Shown here piece after piece: positions 42,635 to 51,649 of a stretch of 64,000 nt of DNA. The stretch covers positions 28,018-92,017 of the forward strand of contig JAISGO010000016.1 of NCBI GenBank assembly GCA_031263025.1, in the 5' to 3' direction. Made by a program: the position numbers and the translations under genes. How positions within the stretch are numbered: position 1 is the stretch's first letter; the number at the start of each line of letters is the position of its first letter. Below the pieces are notes generated by a model. That model was not told the origin of the DNA. It saw nothing but the letters and a program-made list of their open reading frames with translations, and searched no databases. This stretch comes from Coriobacteriales bacterium. Lineage in GTDB: Bacteria > Actinomycetota > Coriobacteriia > Coriobacteriales > UBA8131.

Positions 42635-43354
42635 GTGTTCGGCCCGCAAAACGCGCTAGACTGGGCCTATATGGTTGCTGGTTATAAAGAACTATTCGAC
42701 GTTTTCGAAGCCGCAGCAGACGCAGGACAGGCGGCCCGCATGGCGGCGTACATGAAAGACCAGTTCGCTTTCTTAGGGATACCGACGCCTAAGCGCAAAG
42801 CCCTAGCGAGGCCCTTCATGAAGCAAGCCAAGAAAGACCCGGCCATAGATTGGGGTTTCATCGAAGCCTGCTGGGCCAAGCCCGAGCGGGAGTTCCAGTA
42901 TCTTGCCTGTGAGTACCTTAAGGCCAAACGCGATCTGTTGATCCCCGCTGACATGGCGCACATCGAGCAGATGGTGCTGCACAAGTCCTGGTGGGACAGC
43001 ATCGACGCGCTCGACGTGATTGCCGGCGGCGTCACCGTTGCCTATCCTGAGGCCAAGCAGACCGAGTTCGCCTGGAGCCTCTCCGACAACATCTGGCTGC
43101 GGCGTATGGCCATCGACCACCAGCTTCAGCGCAAGGAGACGACCGACACCGAGCTCCTCGCCCAGGTTCTGGAGAATAATTTGCCACCCACTCTGCCCCC
43201 GGACCTGCGCGACGAGTTCTTCATCAACAAAGCCGTCGGCTGGGCCCTGCGCGACTACAGCAAAACCGATCCAGGCTGGGTACGTGCTTTCATCGATAAC
43301 CACCGCGAGCAGATGGCCAGGCTTTCCATCAAGGAGGGGAGCAAGTACCTCTAA
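42635..43354 (+). CDS. DNA alkylation repair protein (AlkD/AlkC-like HEAT repeat)
   Basis: YMKDQFAFLGIPTPKRK, WWDSIDAL, WLRRMAIDHQL and NKAVGWALRDYSKTDP. The start is uncertain (GTG 42635 or ATG 42671). Confidence 0.75.
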   Translation: MFGPQNALDWAYMVAGYKELFDVFEAAADAGQAARMAAYMKDQFAFLGIPTPKRKALARPFMKQAKKDPAIDWGFIEACWAKPEREFQYLACEYLKAKRDLLIPADMAHIEQMVLHKSWWDSIDALDVIAGGVTVAYPEAKQTEFAWSLSDNIWLRRMAIDHQLQRKETTDTELLAQVLENNLPPTLPPDLRDEFFINKAVGWALRDYSKTDPGWVRAFIDNHREQMARLSIKEGSKYL

Positions 43355-43467
43355 TGTATCAAAGAATGTATCAAAGGGACGTTTAATGTATCACAGGGAC
43401 GTTTCATTTGATACATTAAGGATGGCCAATGTATCAAATGAAACGTCCCTTTGATACCTTTGATACA
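43355..43467. repeat. Cluster of TGTATCAAA-family repeats (one doublet plus partial copies)
   Basis: Full copies at 43387-43415 and 43430-43457 (opposite orientation). Partial copies at 43355, 43367 and 43458. Confidence 0.8.
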
Positions 43468-43486
43468 TCCGTAAAGGAGGGAACCT

Positions 43487-44368
43487 GTGAGCACAATCAA
43501 GCCTTTTGATATCAGGCAGAAGATCATCGCAGCCTCTACCAGTCAAGGCTGGGGAGCCCCGCACGTGTCTTTTGTTTGCCACTTGCCAGCCACGGCGCTA
43601 GGTGACTACCTGCGTGGACTCAACGGGGCCCAGCTCGACGATCGTCGACGCGACGAGCCTCGGATCGCTCTTAATACCTTGATCGTCTACCTCTTGGTAC
43701 AGGCCTTGCGCGAGAACCCCCTGCTCAACACACGCATCCACTACCATCGCTTGCTTGCCTCGGGACACCTGGAGCCCCAAGCGCATATCGACGTGAACAT
43801 GCCGGTGTTGCTCCCCTCAGGCGAGATGATGACCGTCTGCTTAGAAGCTTGTGAGAGCCGGCCGCTTGCAGATCTCCAAGTCATGGTAGATAGCCTTTCG
43901 CGGCGCATCGCCAGCACTGATATGGCGGTTCCGTTGATGCAGACCGGCCTCGATGACACCTACCAGATGCTTCGCCAAGGCAAGCTGATCGGCCCTTTAG
44001 GGCGCTTCGTAGGCCTCAAGATCGGTAAGAGCCATATGCCGGGTATCGCGCGCAAACGCAAACGCGCCTATCGCTCCCTGGAACCCAGCGAGCGCATCGA
44101 GGCCCGCGAATTGCGCAGGGGCACGGTAACGATCTCCAACCTGGGCGCTGCCATCAAAGGTATTGACGGTTACCCTGCGATGATCGACTTGGTTTCGCCA
44201 CAAGTCCTGGCCATCGGTATAGGAGCGCTCTATGAGGGTATTTTGCCGCTCTGCCTGGTATTCGACCACCGCGCCTTGGATTTTCCCGCCGTGGCGCCCT
44301 TCGTCAGGCGCGTCGCGGAACTCTTCGCTGAGCCGCAGGCGGTCAAGGGCGAAGCTGCTTCAACATGA
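43487..44368 (+). CDS. Stand-alone 2-oxoacid dehydrogenase E2-type acyltransferase catalytic domain protein
   Basis: 293 aa. C-terminal VFDHRALDFPAVAPFVRRV matches the DHRxxDG active-site region (G replaced by F). No lipoyl or subunit-binding domain. GTG start with AAAGGAGGG upstream. Confidence 0.7.
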   Translation: MSTIKPFDIRQKIIAASTSQGWGAPHVSFVCHLPATALGDYLRGLNGAQLDDRRRDEPRIALNTLIVYLLVQALRENPLLNTRIHYHRLLASGHLEPQAHIDVNMPVLLPSGEMMTVCLEACESRPLADLQVMVDSLSRRIASTDMAVPLMQTGLDDTYQMLRQGKLIGPLGRFVGLKIGKSHMPGIARKRKRAYRSLEPSERIEARELRRGTVTISNLGAAIKGIDGYPAMIDLVSPQVLAIGIGALYEGILPLCLVFDHRALDFPAVAPFVRRVAELFAEPQAVKGEAAST

Positions 44369-44837
44369 GGTAGTCCTCGCCCTTGTCGCGAAAGACCTTG
44401 AAGCCGAGCCGCCGGTAAAGCGCGTAGGCGCGGTTCTCTTTCTGTACTGACAGGGAGACTTGCCGCCAGCCCTTTGCGGTAGCTAACTTAAACAGCTCGA
44501 TGAGCAACCGCGTGCCGATGCCGAGGCCACGATACTCCGGCTCAACCGCTATGGCAAGCTCCGGCGTGTCTCCGATCTCCTCAAAGTCTACGTGGCCATA
44601 GCCGCCTGCGATCACCCGCAACCAAGCAGCGCCCGTGCATATATCGCCCTCGTATGCCGCAAGCCCGAGGTCACCCCTGCGGCCACCGAAGTTATCAAAA
44701 AAAGCCTGTAGCAACGGTTCTTCATACACGATCGCAGCTGGCGGAGCAGCCACGCCAACGGGCACATATATCGCCAAATAGGTGAAATGTGCGAGTAGCG
44801 CGACGGCGTCGTTGTCAAGTTCTCTCAGCTCAACCAT
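44343..44837 (-). CDS. GNAT family N-acetyltransferase
   Basis: AIAVEPEYRGLGIGTRLLIELF (acetyl-CoA binding motif A). The 3' end overlaps the convergent E2-like gene by 26 bp. Confidence 0.8.
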   Translation of the reverse strand: MVELRELDNDAVALLAHFTYLAIYVPVGVAAPPAAIVYEEPLLQAFFDNFGGRRGDLGLAAYEGDICTGAAWLRVIAGGYGHVDFEEIGDTPELAIAVEPEYRGLGIGTRLLIELFKLATAKGWRQVSLSVQKENRAYALYRRLGFKVFRDKGEDYLMLKQLRP

Positions 44838-44858
44838 AGGCGGATTGTATCATGGGGC

Positions 44859-44887
44859 TGTATCAAAGGGACGTTTCATTTGATACA
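44859..44887. repeat. Single TGTATCAAAGGGACGTTTCATTTGATACA repeat
   Basis: Perfect 29-bp copy between the GNAT and Fic genes. Confidence 0.8.
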
Positions 44888-44903
44888 TCGAAATGAAAGA
44901 CAA

Positions 44904-45809
44904 TCAAGTTTTTGAGGCATCTGCGTCGATCATCCACTTGCCGCGTAGGCGGAATGCGGGCAGGGTTTGACGTTTAGCTTTGTTGAGGACGACGTTCGGG
45001 CGAATGTCATTTTGGCGGGCCCAGTCGGAAACGCTGATGATGCGTCTGGTAGTGAGCTGGGCGATACGCTTGTGCAGTGATTCCTGGAGGAGCGTGGTAA
45101 AGAGCTTGGTAAATCCACTGAAATCGCCGGACTGTTCGTAGCGTGCAAACAGCGGATAGTAGTCTTTTTCCTTACCTTTGTTGCGCACGATGATTGGTGG
45201 AAGGCCGAAGCGGTGCAGTTGATGGTTAAGGAGGGCACGGCCCATGCGTCCGTTACCGTCGCGAAAAGGATGGATTGTCTCGAATTCAGCGTGGAAATGC
45301 GCGACATGGGCGAGAAGACTGTTTCCGTCCGGGAGGGTGAAAGTGTTTTCCCAGGCGTTATATTGATTAAGCAATTCCGAGACCAGCCCCGAGACGAAGT
45401 CCGGGTTGGCGCCTACGTGGGCGCCCACCCGCACCCATTCATCGCCGTGGCGGAAGCGACCGGCCCACTCTGGGTTGATGTTCTGCAGCAGTAGCGCGTG
45501 CATCTCTAAGAGCAAAGTCGTGCTCAGCGGTTCCTCGCTATGCGCATAAAGACGCTCCGTCACCTGAGCCAGGTTCTTAACCTCATAGACCTCGCGTATC
45601 ACGCTTTCGCTGGGTACGATGCCCTGCATCAAGATCGACTCCGTGTCCTCCAAAGAGAGGGAGGAGTTCTCAATCGCGTTCGAGTTGTACACCATATCCG
45701 GCAGTTCGGCGAAAACGAGTTCGCGCAAAGCGTTATCTTTACCCTTTGCGAGCTTTCGAAAGCGTTCGACTAGATGCTTGAGCTCATATGCAGATCCTTG
45801 GTCTCGCAT
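44904..45809 (-). CDS. Fic family protein (class II) with C-terminal HTH-like tail
   Basis: Fic motif HPFRDGNGRMGR. Inhibitory motif SNAIEN. C-terminal ISVSDWARQNDIRPNVVLNKAKRQTLPAFRLRGKWMI resembles an excisionase-type HTH. Confidence 0.85.
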   Translation of the reverse strand: MRDQGSAYELKHLVERFRKLAKGKDNALRELVFAELPDMVYNSNAIENSSLSLEDTESILMQGIVPSESVIREVYEVKNLAQVTERLYAHSEEPLSTTLLLEMHALLLQNINPEWAGRFRHGDEWVRVGAHVGANPDFVSGLVSELLNQYNAWENTFTLPDGNSLLAHVAHFHAEFETIHPFRDGNGRMGRALLNHQLHRFGLPPIIVRNKGKEKDYYPLFARYEQSGDFSGFTKLFTTLLQESLHKRIAQLTTRRIISVSDWARQNDIRPNVVLNKAKRQTLPAFRLRGKWMIDADASKT

Positions 45810-45900
45810 GATTCAATTATAGCAGCTAAAACGGCTTAAGCGTGAATTTATGTAAAAATAAATAATAATTCACGGTTACATCTTATCGAGCGCGCGGTCG

Positions 45901-45929
45901 TGTATCAAAGGGACGTTTCATTTGATACA
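45901..45929. repeat. Single TGTATCAAAGGGACGTTTCATTTGATACA repeat
   Basis: Perfect 29-bp copy between the Fic and AbiEii genes. Confidence 0.8.
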
Positions 45930-46019
45930 TCAGGATTTGCGACAATTAAATTGCCGCATTTGTATCATTCTTTTGTACCATGCGCTTTAGATTTCGCAAT
46001 TTCCAGAGTGCTTCAGGGT

Positions 46020-46904
46020 TCATCTTTGCTGCTGTGGCCATCTTATCTCTTTGAATAGTAGCTCGGGTCGATAGTCGGCCTGTGCGAATCGTTGAAGATA
46101 TGCTTCTTCATCTGGAGTTTGGGGCAAAACGAACGTTTCGATGAATTCATCTGCAGCATCCAACAGGTCTTGGAACCTTGGCACTTCGAGTGCGCCTCGG
46201 AGCATCGGATATAGCTGCTCTTCTAGTTCACGCTGCTTAGCTACAAAGCGTTCGGGGCGATTGGAAAAATCATTCGGAAAACATGCCGACAAGGACGCAT
46301 AGTAAAGAATCAGCTGATGGCTGATTCTAAGGTTGTCTCCGTTGCGAGTGCGCTCTCCAAAATATCGTCCAAGATTGGCTATATCATACAAATCCCGGAT
46401 CTTAACTCGATCAAAAAATGCCTTGACTTTACCTGCTGCTAGCTCTTCATTGGAGAATGTGCGGACTTGTAGTCCTGGTCGCAAAACGGTCTCTTGCATG
46501 ATCAGTGGCAGAATCGGGGATCGATTCATGAAAATACAATCGATCTTCACATGGTCTGGGCCCCAATCACCTCGGTAACGCAAGGTAAGTGTACGACCCG
46601 CATGGCCTCCATTTGAAGGTGGCACGTCATAGCCTTGGCTGCGCGCCACTTCTTCGACAGCGCGCTCAAAAGATGGCCGTTCCGTGAGCATTGCCTCTCT
46701 TTCAATTGCGCCCACATAGGACAAGTCGATATCCACCGACAGTCTGGGCACGTTAAGCATGAACAGATTGATTGCAGTTCCGCCATGCATAGCCCAACGG
46801 CCCTTTAAATCAGGGTGGCGATTCAGCTCTTCAAGCAAATCGAGCAATCTCTCAACTTTGTCAACGGTCCTTGGTTGGAAGTCGCGGGTAGTCAGATCAG
46901 CCAT
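46020..46904 (-). CDS. abiEii: AbiEii/AbiGii-family nucleotidyltransferase toxin (type IV TA)
   Basis: 294 aa. WAMHGGTAINLF...RLSVDIDLSY is the NTase core pattern of the family. Overlaps the upstream AbiEi-like gene by 13 bp. Confidence 0.8.
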   Translation of the reverse strand: MADLTTRDFQPRTVDKVERLLDLLEELNRHPDLKGRWAMHGGTAINLFMLNVPRLSVDIDLSYVGAIEREAMLTERPSFERAVEEVARSQGYDVPPSNGGHAGRTLTLRYRGDWGPDHVKIDCIFMNRSPILPLIMQETVLRPGLQVRTFSNEELAAGKVKAFFDRVKIRDLYDIANLGRYFGERTRNGDNLRISHQLILYYASLSACFPNDFSNRPERFVAKQRELEEQLYPMLRGALEVPRFQDLLDAADEFIETFVLPQTPDEEAYLQRFAQADYRPELLFKEIRWPQQQR

Positions 46905-47650
46905 GAGCGTACTTCTTCTTCGTCAACTGGTAAGTAAAGTTGCCAAGCTGCTGCACGGTATTTCTTGTCCTTAGTCCCTGGATCAAGTTGGACACGTCCA
47001 GAGTGTAACGCGCTATGATAGGTATCAAGTGTTTGTTTGTCCACTCGCCAAACATCTTGCTTGGCTTCAAGCAACCATCCGATCCTTGTCTTCGCGCTAG
47101 TCGATGCCGTTTTCGAGACGGCGTGGAGCTCGGCAAAATCAATATAGGGAAAGGTTGACAGTGAACGCAGCACTTCCTCGATACCGCCGCATAACGAGGG
47201 ACGGCTCAAACAGTCGACGATAGTCTGCTCCCGTGTCGTCACAACAGCTGCGCCAAAGGCTTTGCCGCGCACAGTTTGAGTTCTCACCCTTTTGTTCAAA
47301 GGTAAGGGTCTATAACGAACGCCGCGATATTGGAATGGAGTAAACACCGATGTGGTTCTAAAACAATATTCAGAGAAGATATTATGTGCAACGCCATGGG
47401 CCACTAACGCGGCATGATAAGAAAGAACGGCATCTGATGCTAAGGTGCTGATTATCTCAAAGGGGTCAGCGTTTGCGTCTAAGTGCTTACCGGTTTTCGA
47501 CACATATAAGCCGCGTCTTACTCGATCAATCTTTTTTGCGCCTACTGCTCTTTTCAGTAATGATTCCGTTGAAGACGCAGAGGGCGTCGCTTTTTTAGCG
47601 TCCTCTGTCGTGAATACATGATGCGTTGATATATACTCATGGAACTTCAT
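46892..47650 (-). CDS. abiEi: AbiEi-family antitoxin / transcriptional regulator
   Basis: 252 aa. N-terminal wHTH region with KIDRVRRGLYV (AbiEi_4 pattern). Operon partner of abiEii. Confidence 0.75.
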   Translation of the reverse strand: MKFHEYISTHHVFTTEDAKKATPSASSTESLLKRAVGAKKIDRVRRGLYVSKTGKHLDANADPFEIISTLASDAVLSYHAALVAHGVAHNIFSEYCFRTTSVFTPFQYRGVRYRPLPLNKRVRTQTVRGKAFGAAVVTTREQTIVDCLSRPSLCGGIEEVLRSLSTFPYIDFAELHAVSKTASTSAKTRIGWLLEAKQDVWRVDKQTLDTYHSALHSGRVQLDPGTKDKKYRAAAWQLYLPVDEEEVRSWLI

Positions 47651-47657
47651 GAGAGTT

Positions 47658-47694
47658 ATTATAGCAGTAACAGGGATATTTTATCCCTGTTACT
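47658..47694 (-). promoter_or_regulatory. abiEi promoter region: TATAAT 7 nt from the ATG plus an 11-bp inverted repeat (also a likely guaA terminator hairpin)
   Basis: Minus-strand TATAAT = plus 47658-47663. AGTAACAGGGA (47666-47676) and TCCCTGTTACT (47684-47694) form a perfect inverted repeat immediately after the guaA stop (47702). Confidence 0.45.
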
Positions 47695-47701
47695 ATATGT
47701 T

Positions 47702-49357
47702 TTATTCCCACTCAATCGTTCCTGGTGGTTTGGAGGTGATGTCGTAGATCACGCGGTTGACGCCGGAGACTTCGCCGACGATGCGGGTGGAGATGCGGGA
47801 GAGGATGCGGGAGAAGCTGAATTCCGGGTCCTGGCAGGCGTCGAGCTTGGCCCAGTCGGCGGTCATGGCGTCCTGGGATTCGACGGCGCGCACGATGATG
47901 GGATTCTGGTAGGTGCGCTCGTCGCCCATCACGCCGACCGAGCGCAGCTCGGCCGGCAGGACCGCGAAGTACTGCCAGACGCTGCCCGGCGCGTCACGTC
48001 GGCCGCTCTCCTCCGCGAGCTTGTCGTTGTAGGCGTCGATCTCCTCGCGCACGATGGCGTCAGCCTCGCGCAGCATGTCGAGGCGCTCGGCGGTGATGTC
48101 GCCGATGATACGCACGGCCAGGCCGGGGCCAGGGAAGGGCTGGCGCCAGACCAGCTCGGGCGGTAGGCCGAGGGTAAGTCCCAAACGCCGTACCTCGTCC
48201 TTGAAGAGCAGTCTGAGCGGCTCGATCAGGTTGAAATGCACTCCCTCCGGGAAGGGGATCAAGTTGTGGTGGCTCTTGATGGTGGCCGCCTTCTTCGACC
48301 CCACCGCGTTGGTGCCGCCGGCCGCGCTGCCGGACTCGATGGTGTCAGGGTAGATAGTGCCTTGTGCCAGGTACTTTATCTTGTCTCCGGTGCGCTGCTC
48401 GAGCTTCGCCGCCTCGTCGAAGAAGACCTTCCAGAACTCGGTTCCGATCAGGTGGCGTTTCTGCTCCGGTTCGCTCACTCCGGCGAGCAAGTCAAGATAA
48501 CGCTCTTCGGCGTGGACGTAGACGAAGTCGACATCGAACTGCTTGCCGAAGACCTCGCTTACCGCCTTGCCCTCATCCTTGCGCAGCATACCGTGATCGA
48601 CGAAGACGCAGGTCAGCTTGTCGCCGATGGCCCGGGAGAGCAGCGCCGCCACCACGCTCGAGTCAACCCCGCCGGAAAGGCCGCAGATCACTCGGGCGCC
48701 GCCGATCCGTTCCTTGAGCGCGGCGATCATCTGAGCGGCTAGGTCGTCGATCTTCCAGTTGGGCGTGATCCTGCAGATCTTGAAGAGGAAATTGCTTAAC
48801 ATCTCTTGCCCGTGAGTGGTGTGAGCCACTTCGGGGTGGAACTGGGTGGCATAGAGCCGCCGCTCCGGGTCCTCCATCGCTGCAATCGGGGTGGTCGCGG
48901 TCGAAGCCGTGCAGACAAAACCTTTCGGCAGCGTTCCCACGCTGTCGCGGTGGGACATCCAGACCTTTTGTCGCTCGGGCGTTCCCGTCAGCAGGGCTGA
49001 GCCAGCCTCTGCTGCACATTCCAGCCGCGTTGGCCCATATTCGCCTACGTCGGTCTGGGGTACCTCGCCGCCCAGGGCCACTGCCATCGCTTGCATGCCG
49101 TAGCAGAAGCCCAGCACCGGCACGCCCAACTCGAGCAGCCCTGGGTTGAGCCCCGGCGCGTCCTCGGCATAGACCGAGGCCGGGCCGCCGGACAAGATCA
49201 AGGCTTTGGGCCGCTTGGCCCCAAGCGCCCCGACGTCCACATCGTAGGGGACCACCTCGCTATACACACCGAGGTCTCGCACCCGCCGGGCGATCAGCTG
49301 GGCGTATTGCGCCCCGAAATCGACCACTACCACCGGGTTTGGAGTTTTGTTCTGCAT
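47702..49357 (-). CDS. guaA: GMP synthase (glutamine-hydrolysing)
   Basis: 551 aa. GATase domain (GFCYGMQ), PP-loop SGGVDSSV and the conserved C-terminal dimerisation domain ending ...PPGTIEWE. Confidence 0.95.
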   Translation of the reverse strand: MQNKTPNPVVVVDFGAQYAQLIARRVRDLGVYSEVVPYDVDVGALGAKRPKALILSGGPASVYAEDAPGLNPGLLELGVPVLGFCYGMQAMAVALGGEVPQTDVGEYGPTRLECAAEAGSALLTGTPERQKVWMSHRDSVGTLPKGFVCTASTATTPIAAMEDPERRLYATQFHPEVAHTTHGQEMLSNFLFKICRITPNWKIDDLAAQMIAALKERIGGARVICGLSGGVDSSVVAALLSRAIGDKLTCVFVDHGMLRKDEGKAVSEVFGKQFDVDFVYVHAEERYLDLLAGVSEPEQKRHLIGTEFWKVFFDEAAKLEQRTGDKIKYLAQGTIYPDTIESGSAAGGTNAVGSKKAATIKSHHNLIPFPEGVHFNLIEPLRLLFKDEVRRLGLTLGLPPELVWRQPFPGPGLAVRIIGDITAERLDMLREADAIVREEIDAYNDKLAEESGRRDAPGSVWQYFAVLPAELRSVGVMGDERTYQNPIIVRAVESQDAMTADWAKLDACQDPEFSFSRILSRISTRIVGEVSGVNRVIYDITSKPPGTIEWE

Positions 49358-49448
49358 TGGCTCCAGCTATCCCTTCATCAAACATTGCCGGACTGATTTA
49401 TTCTGAAAACTCTCAGCCCATCTTCAGTAACTTCATTATAATGAAAGC

Positions 49449-49916
49449 ATGGGAAGCACTTCTGACAACAACGCCACGGTTATCTGCCCGGTTTGCAACA
49501 CGACCGTGTCGGCGGCTGGCGACGTCTGCCCGACTTGCGGCTTCCGCTTTGCCGGAGCGACCGCGAAATTCCAGGCGGTGGAGCCGGCCGACGTCCCCGC
49601 TAACGCTGCTCCTCACGACCATTGCGAACACCCTCAGCTTACCCTGCTCAAAGGCCCCCAACAAGGCCAGGTTTTCAATCTGGGCACCTTACCCATCACT
49701 ATCGGCCGCGACCCCAAGTGCGATATCTTCCTTAACAACATGACCGTCTCGCGTAAACATGCGGTGATCGAGCGCCATGCCGACCAGATCGTCATCCGCG
49801 ACTGTGCGTCGCTTAACGGCGTTTGGGTGGACAAGAAGATCGTCGACGAGGCAGAGCTCTCGGATGGTTCCTTGGTGCAGATCGGGACCTTTGTCATGCA
49901 GTTCGGCTGCGCCTAA
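49449..49916 (+). CDS. FHA domain protein with N-terminal zinc ribbon
   Basis: CPVC...CPTC ribbon. FHA core ITIGRDPKCDIFLNNMTVSRKHAVIERHADQIVIRDCASLNGVWVD. Confidence 0.8.
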   Translation: MGSTSDNNATVICPVCNTTVSAAGDVCPTCGFRFAGATAKFQAVEPADVPANAAPHDHCEHPQLTLLKGPQQGQVFNLGTLPITIGRDPKCDIFLNNMTVSRKHAVIERHADQIVIRDCASLNGVWVDKKIVDEAELSDGSLVQIGTFVMQFGCA

Positions 49917-49919
49917 AAG

Positions 49920-50147
49920 CAGCTATTTGGCGTATTTCGGGTTTGCAGTACGGCTCGATACCCTGAGGTAACTTCGCCGTACTGCAAACGCCGAACTCCG
50001 CTCAAATATCTGCTTTTACAAGTCTTTCCAGCTATTTGGCACATTCGGGGCTCGCGCCAGCCCTCGATACCGATTAGGTAGCTTCGGTCTGCCGCTCACC
50101 CCGGCTGCACTCAAATATCTGCTTTTACGAGTTTTTCAGCTATTTGC
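49920..50147. repeat. Tandem 108-109-bp structured repeat, 2.1 copies
   Basis: Units start with CAGCTATTTGG at 49920, 50029 and 50137 (partial). Each unit ends with CTCAAATATCTGCTTTTAC. Unit 1 contains a perfect 14-bp stem (49941-49954 / 49976-49989). Confidence 0.75.
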
Positions 50148-50326
50148 TACAATAGTTCCAAGATGTTTCTCCTGAGCAAACGATACCGTCGTTAAGATCC
50201 TGCCGCAATGCGGCTACTCTCAGTCTGCTTCAAGACTTTTTACCTATCGTCTTATAATCAAGAATGGCTCGAGACCCTGTACCTATCCCGTCTCGGAGTT
50301 CTTATCCAACAAGGAGAATACCCACC

Positions 50327-51646
50327 ATGTCCGCCTCATCTGATATGCCTATATTCAACCCCGCCTTCGAGACCGCTTCGCGCGAGCAGATTCGCGCCCG
50401 TCAGTTAGAGTTACTCAAAGAGCAGATCCAGTGGATCTGGGATCATTCTGCTTACTATCGGCCCAAGCTCGAGGCCATCGGATTCGAGCCGGGCGACCTG
50501 AAGAGCCTGGACGACCTGGTCCGTCTGCCTTTCACCGACAAGAGCGCCCTGCGTGACACTTACCCCTACGGCATGTTCGCGGTGCCGATGGAGCAGGTGA
50601 TCCGGCTGCACGCGAGCAGCGGCACCACCGGCAAGCCGATCGTGGTCGGTTACAACCAGCACGACATCGAGGAGTGGCGCCTCTGCATCGAGTCGGTCAT
50701 GCAGATGGCCGGGGTGGTGCCGGGCGACCGGGTGCAGATGGCCTTCGGCTATGGCATGTTCACCGGCGGCTTCGGCCTGCACTACGGCGCCGAGGGGCTG
50801 GGTTGCATGATCATCCCGGCCGGCGCCGGCAACACTGAGCGCCACCTCATGCAGATCGCCGATTACGGTACCACCGTGCTGGTGGCCACGCCGTCCTATG
50901 CCATGCACATCTGCGAGGTAGGGGAGCAGCAGGGCTTCGACTGGGCCTCATCGACCCTGCGGGTCGGCCTCTTCGGCGGCGAGCCCTGTCCGCCGGCCCT
51001 CAAGGCCGAGATCGAGTCGCGCATGCACATCTTCTGCACCGACAATTATGGCCTGACCGAGGTGATGGGCCCGGGCGTCTCCGGTGAGTGCCTGGTCAGC
51101 CGCAATCAGCAGCACATCAACGAGGATCACTTCTTCTGGGAGGTGGTCGACCCGCAGACCGGTGAGCCGGTCGGCGAGGGCGAGATCGGCGAGCTGGTCT
51201 TGACCCCGCTCCAGAAGCAGGCCTTCCCGGTCTTACGCTACCGCACCCACGATCTCACCCGCGTCACCACCGAGCCCTGCGGCTGTGGCCGCAGCACCGC
51301 GCGCATGGACAAGATCCGCTCGCGCACCGACGACATGCTGATCATCCGCGGCACCAACTTCTTCCCCTCCCAGGTCGAAGACGTCCTGGCCCAGATCGAG
51401 GAGGTCTCGCCGATCTACCGCATCGAGGTCGACAACGAGACCGGCTTAGACCGCGTCACCCTCACCCTCGAACTCGAGAACGAGGTCTTCACCGACGACT
51501 GGCGCGAGATCGAGAAGTACCGCAAGATGATCATCCGCCGCCTCCACGACGTCCTCCAGTTCAACGTGGTCCTCAAACTGGTCAATCCCGGCCAGATCGA
51601 GCGTACCACCGGCAAAGCCAAACATGTCTTAGATCACCGCCGCTAG
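50327..51646 (+). CDS. paaK: Phenylacetate--CoA ligase family protein (PaaK-like)
   Basis: Start at ATG 50327 (AAGGAG 10 nt upstream). LPFTDKSALRDTYPYGMFAVP and RLHASSGTTGKP are signatures of the PaaK/aryl-acetate CoA ligase family. Confidence 0.85.
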   Translation: MSASSDMPIFNPAFETASREQIRARQLELLKEQIQWIWDHSAYYRPKLEAIGFEPGDLKSLDDLVRLPFTDKSALRDTYPYGMFAVPMEQVIRLHASSGTTGKPIVVGYNQHDIEEWRLCIESVMQMAGVVPGDRVQMAFGYGMFTGGFGLHYGAEGLGCMIIPAGAGNTERHLMQIADYGTTVLVATPSYAMHICEVGEQQGFDWASSTLRVGLFGGEPCPPALKAEIESRMHIFCTDNYGLTEVMGPGVSGECLVSRNQQHINEDHFFWEVVDPQTGEPVGEGEIGELVLTPLQKQAFPVLRYRTHDLTRVTTEPCGCGRSTARMDKIRSRTDDMLIIRGTNFFPSQVEDVLAQIEEVSPIYRIEVDNETGLDRVTLTLELENEVFTDDWREIEKYRKMIIRRLHDVLQFNVVLKLVNPGQIERTTGKAKHVLDHRR

Positions 51647-51649
51647 ACC

